NCBI GenBank assembly: GCA_002104905.1
Contig: MCFE01000090.1
Span: forward strand, 112,537-176,536
Direction: 5' to 3'
DNA: 64,000 nucleotides
DNA from: Basidiobolus meristosporus CBS 931.73
Lineage: Eukaryota > Fungi > Basidiobolomycota
The notes below the pieces were generated by a model. It was not told where the DNA came from. It did not search any database and worked only from the letters and a program-made list of their open reading frames with translations. Positions 62,390-64,000 of the stretch are shown piece by piece (positions within the stretch are counted from its first letter, which is position 1; every line of letters starts with the position of its first letter). The position numbers were made by a program, and so were the translations under genes.

Positions 62390-63362
62390 GGGGAGACAGT
62401 CACCAACAGGTGAAATCTTTATTTCAGTTGAAACAAAGAAGCCAGCGCTACTGTTGTAGCTTTGATACAAGAGTGTGTAGCTGAGGGGAATTTGTAGGTA
62501 AGTTAATAAGAAGTGATGATAGTTCTTCAGTGCTCAAGACACTGTTCAGTGGCAAGGGGGGTAGCAAGAGGGGTAAGAATGACTTGTGAACAACATTAAT
62601 GAGGGGAATGTGATAAGGATTGATATTCATCATAAAGGGAGTGTGCTGCAGCAGATATTGCTGCCAAAGGTCTGTCAAGTACTTCAGGTAGGCCAGCTTG
62701 GGTTTTTCGGACTGCAGAATAAATTCAGCAAACTTCGTGACTTCAGGATCTCCAAGTATAGTTCTCCAGCAGGAGCCAGGTGTTGTGTGGTGTGTTCTCT
62801 TCCAGGCCTTAATCAGTGGGTTGTTGCAGTTGTGAAGTCTGAGGTATAATCTGGTTCTAAGGTAGAGAAGTCTGATCTTATAGGGCATAAACCCAAAAGC
62901 ACCAAGAATAGCATGTCTGTAGGGGCATTCAGGCAAATGAGGCACCAAGGAGGTAATGCACCATACTGCAAAGTTGTCAAGCTTAGTGCAGTCTCTAGAA
63001 GTAAGAGAGGGAAGTGGTAAGCCAAATTCCAGGACAGGGAAGACAAACTGCTTGAGTAGAAGGAGGCAGCTGGGAGCTGAAGTTGTAGGAGGAGTAACAG
63101 CCAGTAGCTTGTGGAGTGCCTGTCTTGCCAGGATAATTCTCTTCTTCAGGTGTGCTCCTGAGTCTAGTCCAGTAGGAAGGAAAGGAAAGCCAAGATATGT
63201 AGCAGAAACCTGAGCAGGTAGAGTGGAGTTCTCCAAGCTGATGGGAGAGCCCAAAGGTACTGTCTTTGCAATGGAAAGCTGGAGATTATTCTTCTGCAGA
63301 TACTGGTGAATGGTCTGGGAGTCTTGTTGCACATTGGAGGAGGATATTCTGATGTCATCAGC
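62390..63362 (-). mobile_element. non-LTR retroelement family X, copy 3; 5'-truncated just after the FADD motif, remaining frame open (62448-63332)
   Basis: ATYLGFPF...KQFVFPVLEFG RT thumb region; paralogous to X1 and X2. Confidence 0.9.
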
Positions 63363-64000
63363 TTAGGGGAGGGAAAGTCACCAAAGTAGGTGAAATCTTT
63401 ATTTGATTTCAGACAAGTCTAACTACAAATAAAGAAGCCAGCTGGGAATAGAAGATTCCCAAAGTAAACACTAAGTTGAATATGAATAAATCTAAGCTAA
63501 AGTTAAGGCAGTATCCCAGAGTACACTGGAGTTCAGGTTCATGGGGGAGTGAAGTAGATAAGCTTGAGAGATATAATAATCTTTGAGGAAGTGGATAACA
63601 GCAGGTGAAGGGGAGTTTTTGATAAGTGAAGTGAGTCTTGAGATCAGAGATTCCTCTAATGAGAAGGTCTTGTAAACTGGAGAATCAGGAAACTCTTTGA
63701 AGGCATGGTCAGTAGGTTCCCAGTAAAACTGGTCAGAGACATTTTGAGAGAATTGTTTAGCAATACTTTTGTCAAGTACTACCTCCAGAGTGTGATGGTT
63801 GATAAATCTCATGTTGACAATCTTGGATAAGTTGTAACCTTGTTGCTTGAGATACATCCTATGCTCAGATATAGGAATAAACTCTACATTGGCAAAGTAG
63901 CAGACAGCCCAGTCAGTAGCAGGAGGCAAATCAGAAGTGGCAGGAAACTTTCTTTTAGTCTTGGGAGGAGCAGCAGGATGTCTTGAGGAAGCAGGAACAG
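63363..64000 (-). mobile_element. family Z copy 2 (ORF1-only) preceded by one TTAGGG (63363-63368); runs off the window
   Basis: Near-identical to Z1; frame open from the window edge to the stop at 63492 (WAVCYFANVEF...LWDTALTLA*). Confidence 0.82.

Noticed and set aside
57816-64000. Penelope-like (Athena/Coprina) identity for the telomere-associated elements
   Set aside because: The RT has LINE-type motifs (YRPVSLL, DITKAFDSV, QGSVLGPLLF, YADD) and Y carries APE motifs (GDIN, SDH); no GIY-YIG or PLE-type RT features seen.
1-64000. CRISPR arrays, rRNA, prokaryotic operons or contamination
   Set aside because: None seen; the CHAP genes are contiguous with intron-containing fungal genes and eukaryotic retroelements.

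Overview
Intron-rich fungal chromosome arm (eEF3, Tup1, Pam17, GT-AG introns with CTAAC branch points; probably an early-diverging lineage, species not determinable from sequence alone). Four zones. (1) 1-9.9 kb: CpG-poor nest of decayed Ty1/copia elements, with one copy inserted in another, a foreign 804-bp solo LTR and further solo LTRs. (2) 10-43.8 kb: dense housekeeping genes (TUP1, tRNA-Pro, SRP14, SEC24, adjacent ILV6+ILV2, QCR8, PAM17, NDUFAF5, a 7TM protein, a double AAA ATPase, CEG1, a GPI protein, a CC1-box coiled-coil protein, ESS2, eEF3). (3) 44-53.4 kb: duplicated array of six intronless secreted CHAP-domain (bacterial-type peptidoglycan amidase) genes in order A,B,B,A,B,B. (4) 54.9-64 kb: head-to-tail array of 5'-truncated non-LTR retroelements, all on the minus strand, mostly joined by 1-3 TTAGGG units and sharing a 3' AATAAA + TCACC/GGTGA stem-loop. 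It holds two RT families (APE endonuclease seen in one) and an ORF1-only family, recalling Drosophila HeT-A/TART telomeres. Zone 4 is the strongest candidate for an undescribed system and the CHAP array the second. No long telomere tract is in the window, so a chromosome end to the right is inferred.
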